Of a DNA stretch of 64,000 nt, positions 39,001-51,995 are shown piece by piece. The notes beneath the pieces are model-generated. The model saw only the letters and a program-made list of their open reading frames with translations, was not told the origin of the DNA and searched no databases. This DNA comes from Mobula hypostoma. Lineage: Eukaryota. Where the stretch lies: the NCBI RefSeq assembly GCF_963921235.1, contig NC_086097.1, forward strand, positions 134,356,001-134,420,000, given 5' to 3'. Position 1 is the first letter of the stretch. Each line of letters opens with the position of its first letter. The position numbers and the translations under genes were made by a program.

Positions 39001-39221
39001 TGGCACTTATAGAATCAGTATCTAGGAGTTGCAAAAGCCAAACTACCTTAAATTCTGTACAAGCTTTGTTCTTCAAATCATTTAACTCTTCGTCTGCTTT
39101 TCTTTTTGACATTCTTTGGATACTAAGAATAATAATTATTATTTGAGATTACTAAAAATAATTATTTGAAAAATTTAACAAGTCAAAGAATTATAATTTT
39201 AATAAAATAACCACAGTCATG

Positions 39222-41030
39222 AATTGAGTTGGATTGAATTGAATTGACTTTATTACTTACATCCTCCATATACATGAGGATTAAAAACCTTTACGTTACT
39301 TCTCCATCTAAATACGCAATGTGCAATTTATAGTAATTTATAAGAAATAGTATATAGAACAGGACAGCCAATAGAACATAGAAATACAATTGTACCAGCA
39401 TGAATTAATCAGTTTGATGGCCTGGTGGAAGAAGCTGTCCTGGAGCCTATTGGTCCTAGCTTTTATGCTGCGGTACAGTTCCCCGGATGGTATCAGCTGG
39501 AACAGTTTGTGGTTGGGGTGACTCGTGTCCCCACTGATCCTTGGGGCCCTTTTTACCCACCTGCCTTTGTAAATGTCCTGAATAGTGGGAAGTTCACATC
39601 TACAGATGCGCTGGGCTGACTGCACTACTCTCTGCAGGGTCCTCCGATTGAGGGAAATACAGTTCCCATACCAGGCAGGATGCAGTAGTCAGGATGCTCT
39701 CAGTTGTGCCCCTGTACAACACTCTTAGAATTTGAAGTCCCATACCAAACCTTTTCAACCATCTGAGGTGAAAGAGGCGCTGTTGTGCCTTTTTCACCAC
39801 TCAGCCAGTATGTACAGACCACGTGAGATCCTTGGCGATGTGTATGCAAAGGAGCTTAAAGCTGTTCACCCTCTCAACCCCAGATCTATTGATGTCAATA
39901 GGGATTAGCGTGTCTCCATTTCTCCTGTAGCCCACAACCAGCTCCTTTGTTTTTGTGACATTGAGGGAGAAGTTGTTTTCTTGACACCACTGTGTCAGGG
40001 TGATGACTTCTTCTCCGTAGGCTGCCTCATTATTATTTGAGATTAGGCCAATCAGTGTAGTATTGTCAGCAAATTTAATGAGCAGATTGGAGCTGTGGAT
40101 GGTGACACAGTCATGGGTATACAGAGAGTAAAGGAGGGGACTTAGGACACAGCCCTAAGGGGCACCTGTGATGAGGGTCAATGGGGCAGAGGTGTGGGAA
40201 CCCACTCTTAACATCTGCCAGTGATCTGACAGGAAGTCCAGGATCCAGTTCCACAAGGCAGGGTGAAGACTGAGGTCTCTGAGCTTCTTGTCAAACCTGG
40301 AGGGAATTACGATGTTGAATGCTGAACGGTAGTCCAAGAACAACATTCTCACATAAATATCCCTCCTCTCCAGGTGTGTGAGGATGGTGTGTAGAGCTGT
40401 GGCTATTGCGCCATCAGTCGATCAGTTGTGTTAGTAGGCAAGTTGTAGGGGGTCCAGTGTGTGTGGTACTATGCTGCAGATGAAATCCTCGATCAGCCTC
40501 TCAAAGCATTTGCTTATTATTGAGGTGAGTGCAACAGGACACCAGTCGTTCAGGTATGTCACACCTTGGTCTTTTTAGGTGCAGGAACAATGGCGGATGT
40601 TTTGAAACAAGAGGGTACTCTACACTGGAAGAGGGAGAGATTAAAAATGTCTGTAAACACACCTGCCAATTGCGCCATGCACACTCACAAAATGCTACTA
40701 TGATCTGCAACAAAGTCATCAAGGCAGCGAAACAATACAGGGACAAGATCCAAACACAACTCTCCACCAACAACACACGCAGCTTATGGCAAGGTCTGCA
40801 CACCATCGCAGACTTCAAAGCTGAACGCAATGGAGTTTCCAACATCGCTGCCTCTCTCCCAGATGAGCTAAATCTTTTTTATGCTTGATTCGATGTTGCT
40901 AACACTGAGCCCCTGAGGAGAGCCGCTGAAGCGACCTGCACCTTGGTCTTCTTGGAAGCTGAAGTACGCAGGTGTTTCCAATGAGGGACAGTCACAAGGC
41001 TGTGGGACCAGACAGCATCCCAGGGCAGGC
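39222..41030 (-). mobile_element. Rex1/Babar LINE with inverted 5' segment (40688-41030 on +)
   Basis: Minus strand [35 protein letters not shown]; plus strand RSLWQGLHTIADFK...LPDELNLFY...KAVGPDSIPG. (TTCAA)n tail. Confidence 0.88.
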
Positions 41031-42224
41031 AAACAATTTTAAAGAAACACATTTTTACCTTGTTCTAACAATTTTTAAATTAAGAACTCTTATTAGATTA
41101 TGACTTCTTTGAAAGATTACTTAACAAAAAAGTCAGAATACAGAATTTTTCACATTAAACAAACACAAACCACAACTCACAATACAAGTAAACAATATCA
41201 GACAGTCAGAACAACCGACAGGCACAATGGCAAAAATAAAATGTTTTGGCTAGGCTGCTTCAACATTTGGTGGGTAGGTGGTTTATTAACAATGAGCAAC
41301 TGACTTCGATTCTGTGTTTATTGTTACAATTTGTAACGGTGTTGTAACTTGAAACACTGACAGTGTAAATACATTGAAGCTCCAATATTTCAAGGTAAAG
41401 GTTGTGGTATGTTTATTATTTAGAAAATTTCTGGATTATATTCATTATTACATAATTAATTACAGAGTATATCACAATTATATTAACACAGATTTTAAGA
41501 TCATATTAGCACAATTTCAAAATTATCTTACACATTATAATAAAAGAAAATTCCAGCTGTGTGGCAACAAAGTCTATGTGCACAGGAACATTTCAGTTAT
41601 TGGGTGGCTGTGCAGCTTGGAGGAAACAGTGCTGTACAATATAAATGTACTAGAATTCATGATAAGAATTATAGATGTGATAACGATGGAAGAAATTGCA
41701 CAGCAACTTCTGGAGGATGCAAATATGTAGTTAAGCATGGAAATCCAGAGGGTGCCATAAGTGATTCCCTACTTCTCCACACTGGTGCATCTTCTCAGCA
41801 TAATTCATGAAATCTGTGAGCTTCAGGTACTTGTAAACTATTCTCATCATGGCAGTAACTTTGCAAAATTTTATGCCTTGATGAAGGAAGTGTGAGCAAG
41901 TCTTGAATGGATTATTTAGCTTACCAACCTCTATGCACTCAAAACTAATTTTATATGTCTGGATTGTCATAATAATTTCAAACTCACCGTAATTAAATGT
42001 GCTGTTTCGTTTGGCTGTATTCATGGGTATTCATGTATGGTTGAATGACAATTAAACTTGAACTTGAAATATAGAAATATTTTAGCTTTAACGCTTGTTT
42101 ATGAGATTTTAGTCTTTTCCTCAGAATTTTTATTTCCTTGCCTATAACGCATTGAAAAGGTTTTTTTAAAAATAAGAAATCATTGCTTCCTAGTTTGATG
42201 TCTGTAAAAATATATCAGGATGTA

Positions 42225-42580
42225 CTGGTAATTATGGGAGGCATACATAGAGTAGACAGCAGGTATCTTTTCTGATACTAGACAGCATGCATTTTAAGGT
42301 AAAAGAAGTTAAATTCAAAGGCGATGGGAGGGTCAAAAAAGTTTTTTTTCCCCACACAGAGTGGTGTGTACCTGGAATGTGCTGGTAGTGGAGGCAAATA
42401 CAGTCGAGTGTTTAAAAGGTTCTTCGAGAGGAACATGGATGAGTAGAGAATGGAGGGATATGGACATTGTATAAGTAGAAGGGGTTGGTTTAATTTGACA
42501 TTTAATCACTAATTTAATTAGTTTAGCACAACATCATGAGATGAAGGGTCTGTTCCTGTGCTGTACTGCTCTATGTTTTA
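42225..42580 (+). mobile_element. CR1 3' fragment
   Basis: cacacagagtggtgtgtacctggaatg...ttcctgtgctgtactgctctatgtt. Confidence 0.65.
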
Positions 42581-42931
42581 CATACTCTTCTGTCCATTTG
42601 GCTGCTCAGTATACCATTTCAGGTTGTCAGTAATCCCTTAAAGATGATCCTCATCCACATCTGAAGTTGGAAAACACAAAATCCAAGCTGAAAAGATCCC
42701 CAGTTAGTTGCTGGGTAGCTTTGTTGACGTCAGCAAAGAATGGTGTGACTTTGTTACTGATCACATGGTACCACAAAAGCAGCTTCACTGCTTTGACACA
42801 CCCTTCACGTAAAATAAAGTGAAAATTTGGGCAAGAGTTGGACAGATGTATTGGGAATTGCAATTGCGGTCATGTGGCAAGACTCTATGTGGCAATGAAT
42901 AACTTACAGAAGGAAGCAAGTATTCAGATAG

Positions 42932-44790
42932 AGTTCAAAGTTCAAAATAATCTTATTACCAGAGCACATATATGTCACCATATACAACCCTGAGATTCAT
43001 TTTCTTGCGGGCATACTCAATAAATGCAATAACCAACATAGAATCAATGAAAGATCACACCAACAAAGCAGACAACCAGTGTATAAAAGACAACAAGCTG
43101 TGCAAATTAAAAATATAAAGAAAAAAAAACTAATAATAATATCAAGAATATGAAACAAAGAATCCTTGAAAGTGGTTGTGGGGCAAGTGAAGTTGAGTGA
43201 AATTAATCTCCATGGTTCAGGAGCCTGATGGTTGAGGGGTAATACATGTTCCTGAACCTGGTGATGTGAGTCCTGAAGCTCCTGTACCTTCTTCCTGATG
43301 GCAGCAGCGAGAAGAGAGCATGACCTGGATGGTGGGGGTCCCTGATGATAGATGCTGCTTTCCCGCAACAGTGCTCCATGCAGATGTGCTCAATAGTGGG
43401 AACGGCTTTACTCGTGACAGACTGGGCCATATCCACTACTTTCTGTAGGATTTTCCTTTCAAGGGCATTGGTGCGTCCATACCAAGGTGTGATTAAGCCA
43501 ATAAATATGATTTCCACCACACATTTATAGAAGTTTGTCAAAGTTTTAGATATCATGCCGATCTTCGCAAACTCCTAAGGAACCTGAGGTGCTGCTGTGC
43601 TTTCTTTGTAATTGCACCTTTGAGCTGGGCCCAGGACAGGTCCTCTGAAATGGTAACACTGAGGAATTTAAAGCTGCTGGCCCTCTCCACCTCTGATCTC
43701 CTGATGAGGACTGGCTCATGGACCTCCGGTTTCCTTTTCCTTAAGTCCTTGGTCTGGCTGACATTAAGTAAAAGGTTGTTGTGGGACCACTCAGCCAGAT
43801 TTTCAGTCTCTCTTCTATATGCTGATTCATTACCACCTTTGCTTCAGCCTACGACAGTAGTGTCATCAGCAAACTTAAATACGTCACTGGAGCTGTGCTT
43901 AGCCACACAACCTTGTGGTTCAGCAGTACTGATGGTGATTGTGGAGGAGATGCTGTTGCCTATCCAAACTGACTGGGGTCTGCAAGTGAGAAAATCGAGG
44001 ATCCAATTGCACAAGGAGGTATTGAAGCTTGAAGCTTATTGATTAGATTTGTGCGGACAATAGTATTGAATTCTAAGCTGCAGTCGATAAAGAGCATCCT
44101 GATGGATGCATCTTTGCTGTCCGGACGTTCTGGGATTGAATGAAGAGCCAATAAGGTGGCATCAGTTGTGGACTGGTTGTGCCGTTAGGCAAATTGAAGC
44201 AGATCCAAGTCGCTTCTCAGGCAGAAGTTGATATTGCTGCATTCCGGGGGGGGGGGAGGTGACCTATGCTAGTAATTGTTCTCGTGTTAAAATTCTTTCG
44301 TGGGATTATGGTGGGATGTTCAAGTTTATTTATTGTTACATTTTAACTTGGGTTATACAGTTATTCGCATGTGTGTTTGTGGGTCACCCTAACTGTAACC
44401 AGGGTGCGCCATATGTATGTGACTGAGAGGGTCACAAAAAATGCACCTCACAAAAAATGTTGTTAAGTTAAACAACCTTCCTCATCTGTCACCAGGGACC
44501 AAATGCTTGCCACAATGTGATTCATCATCAATCCCTCAAAACATTTCATCACTGTGGCTATACAGTGGTACTGGAGGATAGTCACTGAGGCAGGTTACCA
44601 CGTTCTTCTTAGGCACCAGTATAACTGAAGCCTGCTTGAAGCAGATGGGTACTTCAGACTGCCAAAGCAAGAGGTTAAAGACCTCAGTGAACACACCAAC
44701 CAGTTGATCAGCACAGGTCTTTAGTAGCTGGATGTTCTCCCTGGGTTCACACTCCTGAAGGATGCTCTATTGTTGGCTGAAACTGAACTC
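42932..44790 (-). mobile_element. Rex1/Babar LINE, interrupted at about 44232-44480
   Basis: IRMLFIDCSLEFNTI and SIIRDPHHPGHALFSLLPSGRRYRS; (CTTTGAA) tail. Confidence 0.85.
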
Positions 44791-47700
44791 ATTTATGAAG
44801 AAGCAAAGAATAGAAGTGATGGGAAGGGGTTTCTATTAAAACATGTTTTTTTTCAAATATGAATAAGACTGATGACAGAATATTTATTGCACACCAACTT
44901 TATATACGACCTTTAACCATAAACCACATTAAGTGATTCATGGTAAACAGGAACTGAGGGAGTCCTGGGTCAAAGCTGCTGTATTTCAGAATAGATGTAA
45001 CATAAAAACTTTCTTTGCTCTCTCAGGCGCTGGCAATACATCTCTAGATCCTATTATGAGGAGTAGGTGAGTTCACCTGAGTGTCCTGGGGTTAACATTA
45101 TTAATCGACATTATTTGGTCAATATCACGTTGCTATTCATGAAGCAAATTCACTACAGACAAATTTGTGGCTACATTTCCAACATCATTTCATGATTGAA
45201 CCTCAAAGTACGTCTGTATTTCAGAGACTATAAAATGGACATCCTGAGGCTCATGGAAATCACTAAAGAAAAACATGTGTTTATATTGTTATTGAGCTCT
45301 GAATTTAGTGGCATGCAACAATTGATCAGGTTTACTTAATTATATTTTGCATCAAAGTTGAACACAATCTATATTACTTCAGCAATATAATCGATAGTCA
45401 AATATACTCCATGACTGGAAATGAGATAGGCAGGGGAAATGGATGTTCACTTATCTTTGGTTGTTGCAGCACAATAATTAGAAGACAAAGACGTGTATGT
45501 CTCACTTTTAAAACCAGAGTTATGTCCAACAAAAATGCTGGGTTCAGGCCAGATGTGGATCACCAATCTAACTCCAACAGAGGATACAAAATGAATAAAT
45601 AGCGCTCTCTGTTGCTATGTCTCCTAATCAAAATACAATTAATGGACATATTCTAACATCACATTCAATATTAGTGTTAAGCATGGGTAAAGTGCAGAAA
45701 GTGGAAATCCCTCTGTGCTTTACTTCAAAGCTAAACCTCAGCATTATACAGTCTTCTATACAAGTGGCATTTCCATTTTGCACACTAGCCATTCCTGCAA
45801 GCTCCCTAGGTGAATCTGTCAATTTATAAAGGAGAGTTTCTATTGCAGCTTCATGTTTATTGGAAGCAGGAGCAGTTCTGTTTTGAGTTCTCTCCAAATA
45901 CGTTGGAGTGAGGAGACTTTCAGCAGCAAGCTGGAAATCTATACAACTCTGTGCATTTGCTCTTTCTTTGAACATTAAAATGTCTTTAAAACACAAATAA
46001 ATCGCATTAAGACCATGGTCTTCTGAAGTTACATCCCATTGTGTTACTTTGCTTAAAACTTTGTTCTTGCACAGTAGAAATTGCACAGCCTGTGCGGCAT
46101 TTGCATAGGTATAAGTATAGGTATATTGGAGCACAGGTAGATGTCAGCTTTGAGAAGAATAAAAATTACCTTCAACTTGGAAATGTTGCACAATGTTAGT
46201 AACTAAGACCTTAATACAAGATGTCTTTTCTGCTATTATGAATGTGCACATACCTTCATTAGAATTATATAGAAGACTATTATACACACATCTTATTTGT
46301 TACAAATAATTGTATAGTGCAATTTCACCCTGTTGCTTTCAGGACATCTAATTTGAAATAAATACATGCAAATGTCATGGTTCATAAGTTTGTTTGCTTA
46401 ATTTATTACCCTAATATTAGTTTTAATGTTTCCATGCAAGTTTTATTGACAAGACATGGTACATCAGTTTTATTGAAAATTAATCACAATCATGCTTGAT
46501 GTCATTGTCCTACTGAAATCAATCACAAAAAAATTAATCTGATGCTACCAAATTTATTGCAACTTCTGACTCCAAGTGAAATGTGACTGGGTATACCTAT
46601 TCCACCTCTGCTCATGTAAATCAGGGTTTGATTACTCTAATAATTATTACTTACAACCAATCAATAAGCTTTATCGTAATAATACCTACGGCTTTATTTA
46701 GAACCTTTGCTTTACACTGCAGTTTTTGATGTGCACTTGTGACTGAACCCCAGTGATGCATGTGATTCAGATTCATGTAATGAACATATGATTCAGAAAA
46801 GATAAGATATTTTGTGCTGTGTACCATGCTCCACACAAATGCAGCACCCATTCACCTTGTGGATACACCCCACCAAACCTGGGAAGATGCAGGAACAATA
46901 TGATAACTCAGACCAATTCAAATGAAAATTTTGCAAAAATTCCTCATGACCGCTGAGGTGAATGAAACTAATCCAGAACTCTCAAGACCTGAATAATGCT
47001 ACTAAGTATCATTCGACGAAGTGATTACATGGCCAGGATCAGATTCAGTTCCTTCTTAAGGGAGCTCAGTGAATTGGACTTGGCATTGAACCTTAACATT
47101 GAAATGAAATAGCAAAGTCAACTGAGCTGTTGGAGCTCTATATTGCAAAAACTGCTTACTCCTTTGTCTTGGAAATCAGAATATGACAACAATCAAATTT
47201 TGGTTTAATCTTTACAAGTGCTACTATGTCCACTTCTATTTCAGGTTTCCAGCACCCATGGTATTTCTATTTCTGTCTGGATATGACAGCATCTTAAACT
47301 CTGAACTATGTCTTGTTGGCATGACTTTACTTCCCTAAAGCAGGTTGTATTCTATTGCCTCAGATACAGGTATAAATAAACCCTTCATCCTCACGCTAAT
47401 AAAAAAAACCCTTATGCATTGCTATTTATAATTTTTGATCGGTAAGAACCTAAATTTACACGTATCTGGAAAAAGAAAACATCTAAACAGTCAGAATCTG
47501 AACCAGAATCAGAGTCAGGTTTAATATCACTGGCATGTGTCGTGAAATTTGTTAACTTAGCAGCAGCATTTCAATGCAATATATAATATAGAAGAAAAAA
47601 TATTTTAAAAATAAAATAATAATAAGTAAGTAAATCAATTACAGTATGCATATATTGAATAGATTACCTTGGAAGCAGTTGTGCTTGTTAGCTGTATCTG

Positions 47701-48144
47701 CCAGTGGCTACTTGACAGGAATGAAAAATATGCTCAGCCTGATTTCTTATCAATATTTACTCCAAGAAAGAAATCTCTTTCATTACACGTCAGCAAGTAA
47801 TAAGAACTGTGAGTGACTTACTTTGAAAATAAAATAGTAAATGCTAGGAGAACTCAACCCTTTGGAGAGGAGCTGAGAAAAAAAATTAAAGGTAAACACA
47901 AAATTTTAACAAAGTTATAAGAGTTCTGATTAAAGATTATCAACTGAAGCATCAACTTATTCCTCTCTTCTCAAATATCACATGGCCCATATTTTCAGAA
48001 TGATAGTATTTTCAGAATTATTTGCTTTTACTTCCAGTTTCCAGCATCTGCAGTGGTTTGCTGATTTTCCAGTTTTGGACCAATTGGTAAGTCAAAGCCT
48101 TCATGGCATTGTGCCTCTATTCTAAATTAAGTGGATAAAGATTA

Positions 48145-48291
48145 AGAGAAAGGAGAAAGGTTCTGATGAAGGCTCTCAACCTGAAACGTTGACTGTTGAC
48201 GCTTTTCCATTGATGCTGCCTGACCTGCTGAGTTCCTCCTGCAGTTTGTGTGTATTGTTTGGGTTTCCAGCATCTGCAGACTTTCTCTTGT
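48145..48291 (+). mobile_element. Penelope terminal-repeat mini-insertion containing a minimal type I hammerhead motif (core 48163-48195)
   Basis: CTGATGA-agg..cct-GAAAC-gtt-gactg. TSD taaagatta at 48136-48144 and 48292-48300. Confidence 0.75.
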
Positions 48292-48889
48292 TAAAGATTA
48301 GAACATGGTTTGATAATTTCAACAAGGAGAAATTTGTTTTAAAATCACATGCAGGAATGGTGTAAACTTTACTATATCAGGTATATATACTTAATTATCT
48401 ATGATAGCGACATTTTAAGTATAAATCTAGAACTGGTGGATGGGAGGCAGAGGCAAACATAGTGGCTCCAAGATGGAAGTTTATGGAGTTTATACCTTTA
48501 GGAAGAATTAGAGAAAACAAACTGTACTGCACTTACACAGACTCTTAATGAATTGGTATAATAAATAACGATGCCTAAGAGAAACAGACTGAGAGCTAAT
48601 GTAAAAGATGCAACAGCATGGGTCTTGATTTTAATGTAAAACTAGAACTCATTTGCAATGCTTGAAACTGTGAGAGGTCTTGTTCATTAAAGGAGTGCAG
48701 GAGGAGGAGGAAAATTTCCGCTGTTCAACCTGATAATCTTTGAAAGAAGTTCATATGAAGCCAATAAACTATTCAATTTTGAACACTGTAAATAACAAGG
48801 TGGCTTGTAGATCAGAAGGATCGTCTAATCATGGTATCAAAATATCGGTAACCTCCTGCAGGAGTAGTGAGACTTGACTAGCACGAACA

Positions 48890-49990
48890 CTAGTGTTGGC
48901 TGATTCTAAGGTGGTGATGAATCAGCATATAGGAGGGTGATTGAAAATCTGGTTGAAAATTGCCACAGCAACTACTTACTCTATGTCAGCAAAACCTTAA
49001 GGCCCTCTGTTGGTCAGGGTGGACGATGGATACTGCGTCCCGGCTGCCTATGTGATACGTGAACCAGCACGCATGATATGGAGAGCAAGCTGTGCCAATG
49101 TAGCAGGCTCCCTCCCTCCATGCAGTGATGAATCCAAAGGAAGGGCAGGGACCAATACATTTTGGCACCAGCAGCATTTCAAGAGTTGCCAGTCAGAGTT
49201 AAACTCAATATCAGACTATCGTTGGGACTCTAGCCCTGGATTTTTCCTTGGGGTTTACTCCCAAAGCCTTCTCCATGAGCGGTTATAGCCAGACAGCAGT
49301 GGAGATTTGAGATCCGAGTTTTCCTTCTCCTTGGTGAGCTGCTAAACACAGTTACCGTGCCTCACCTGCCTGAAGCGACTGGTTTTAAGGCTTCAATAAC
49401 CCACCTTTGCCCTTTACCCTGTTAGTAGAAACAGTTCCACTGGACTTAGTAGCTAAGGTACAAGTGAAGGCCAGAAGCTGTACTTAGTTGTCAGAGACTA
49501 TTTTAGATACATGTCTTTGGGAGCATTTAGTAGGTAGTAGGAGCTTATCCTGACTACCACCCAGGCTATAACAAGCTTAAGGAACCAAAGAGCTGACTGT
49601 TGACTAAAGGAGGAAGAAGCCAGAGGTCTTTGAGCCTGTCCTCGTTCGGGGATGAAGGGTTCAGAGGTGGAGAAGGTCAGTAACTTTAAACTCCTTGGTG
49701 TCAATGAGTCCTAGGACCAGCACGTAAGTATATCACAAGGAAGGCACACACAGCAGTGTCTCTACTTTCTTAGATGCTTGTGTAGATTCGGCAAGCCACC
49801 AGAAACATTGGCAAACTTCTCTAGATGTCCAGTGCAGAGTATCCAAACTGGTTATATCATAGCCTGCTGTGGAGACACCAGGAACAGAAAAGACCACAGA
49901 AAATGATGGATATAGTTCAGTCCATCACAGACAAATCACTCCCCACTATCGAGTACATTTACATTACAGAGTTGCCACAAGAAAGCACCA
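48890..49990 (+). mobile_element. Rex1/Babar fragment split by a ~590-bp insertion
   Basis: gtcagcaaaacc|aaagagctga (VSKTKEL) rejoins across 48997-49586. Confidence 0.7.
48997..49586 (-). mobile_element. Non-coding, probably RTE-related non-autonomous retroelement
   Basis: Clean insertion into a Rex1 codon run. Contains motifs recalled from RTE UTRs (aggagaaggaaaactc; ctggcaactc..tgctggtgccaaa). No ORF. Confidence 0.55.
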
Positions 49991-49999
49991 CCCAGCATT

Positions 50000-50475
50000 C
50001 CCTTTCATCAGTAATGTGCAAACTATCGGAGAGGATTCTTGGAGAGAGGATTTATGAGCACTTGCGAGGATAGTATTTTTAAGGATAGTCAACACGGCTT
50101 TGTGTGAGGAAAGTCATGCCTCAGAAGCCTGATTAGCTTCTTCGAGGAAGTGACAAAACAAATCAATTAAAGTAGAGCAGTGGATGTGATGTACATGGAT
50201 TTTAGTAAGGCATTCAAAGTTCCCCATGGTAGGCAAATTCAGAAAGTCAGGGGGCATGGGATCTGCATGGATTCAGAATTGGCTTGCCTACAGAAGGCAG
50301 AGGGTGATAGCAGATGGAGCGTATTCTGCCTGGAGGTCCGTGATTTGTGATGTTCTGCAGGAATCCTTGCTGGCCACGGGTGAAGTGGAAGGACAGGTTA
50401 ATAAGTTTGGAGATGATACAAAGGATGGTGGTGTTGTGGACAGTGTAAAAGGTTATCATAGGTCACAACAGAACA
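50000..50475 (+). mobile_element. CR1 RT fragment
   Basis: gatagtcaacacggctttgtg...gtacatggattttagtaaggca; WIQNWLAYRRQRV. Confidence 0.8.
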
Positions 50476-50529
50476 TGGCCTGGAATGGAAATATGAGGAA
50501 CAGAAGTGATTACAGAAACTGGTACATCA

Positions 50530-51995
50530 GATGTGGATCAGAAATAACATCTCCTCCTCTCTGACAAACAACAACAGTGCACCTGTAGGATGCGTGCTTA
50601 GCCCACTGCTCTACTTTCTCGACACCTATGACTGTGTGGCTACGCACATCTCAAATGCCACCTATAAATTTGCTATTGGCAGAATTTCAGACTATGATGA
50701 GTAGGCATACAGGAGTGAGAGAGATCAGTTGGTTGAGTGGTGTCACATCAATAACCTTGCACTCAACATTAGTAAGACCAAGGAATTGGACTGTGGACAT
50801 GAGGAAGGGGAAGTCGAGGGAGCACACACCAGTCTTTATTGAGGATTCAGTAGTAGAAAGGGTGAGCAGTATCAAGTTCTTAGATGTCAACATCTCTGAA
50901 GATCTATCCTGGGCCCAACATATTGATGCAAATACAAATAACCCACGACAGTGGCTGTACTTCATTAGGAGTCTGAGTAGATTTGGTATGACACCAGACT
51001 TGAGCAAATTTCTACAGATGAACGGCAGAGAGCATTCTAACTGGTTGCATCACCATCTGATACATAGGGGCCACTGCACAGGACTGGAAAAAGCTGCAGG
51101 AAGTTGCAGACTCAGCCAGCCCCATCATGGGCTCGAGCCTCCCCAGCATCGAGGACATCCTCAAAAGGCAATGCCTCAAAGAGGCATCTGTCATTAAGGA
51201 CTCCCATCACCTGGGACATGCCCTCTTCTCATTGCTACCATCAAGTCGGCAGCACAGGAGCCTGAAAACACTCACTTCAACATCTTAAAAACAGCTTCTT
51301 TCCCTCTGCCATCAGACATGCTGAGGATGTTCTACGAGTCTGTGGTGGCCAGTTCGATCATGTTTGCTGTTGTGTGCTGGGGTAGCAGGCTGAGGGTAAC
51401 AGACACCAACAGAATCAACAAACTCATTCGTAAGGCCAGTGATGTTGTGGGGATGGAAGTGGACTCTCTGATGGTGGTGTCTGAAAAGAGGATGCTGTCC
51501 AAGTTGCATGCCATCTTGGTCAATGTCTCCCATCCACTACATAATGGACTGGTTGGGCACAGGAGTACATTCAGCCAGAGACTCATTCCACTGAGATGCA
51601 ACACAGAGTGTCATAGGAAGTCATTCCTGCCCGTGGCCATCAAACTTTCCAACTCCTCCCTTGGAGGGTCAGACACCCTGAGCCAATAGGCTGGTCCTGG
51701 ACTTATTTCCTGGCATAATTTACATATTACTATTTAATTATTTATGGTTTTATTACTATTTAATTATCTATGGTGCAACTGTAACGAAAATCAATTTCCC
51801 CCGGGATCAATAAAGTATGACTATGACAATGAGTTCTGAACGACTTTCGCTCTCTTTTTGCACTACTTATTTAATTTAATTTTAAACACATATACAAATA
51901 TTTCTTACTGTAATTTAGTGTTTTATTATGTATCTGCTGCATACTATCAAATTTCACAACATATGCCAGTGAAATTAAACTTGATTCTGATTCTA
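50530..51995 (+). mobile_element. Rex1/Babar 3' part with a second, younger Rex1 3' end nested at about 51311-51827
   Basis: VERVSSIKFLDVNISEDLSW; nested ORF FYESVVASSIMFAVVCWG...KSFLPVAIKL with tail aataaagtatgactatgac. Confidence 0.8.

Noticed and set aside
45628..46134. 168-aa minus-strand ORF in unique sequence
   Set aside because: No recognisable domain and no similarity to ZNF407; likely chance.
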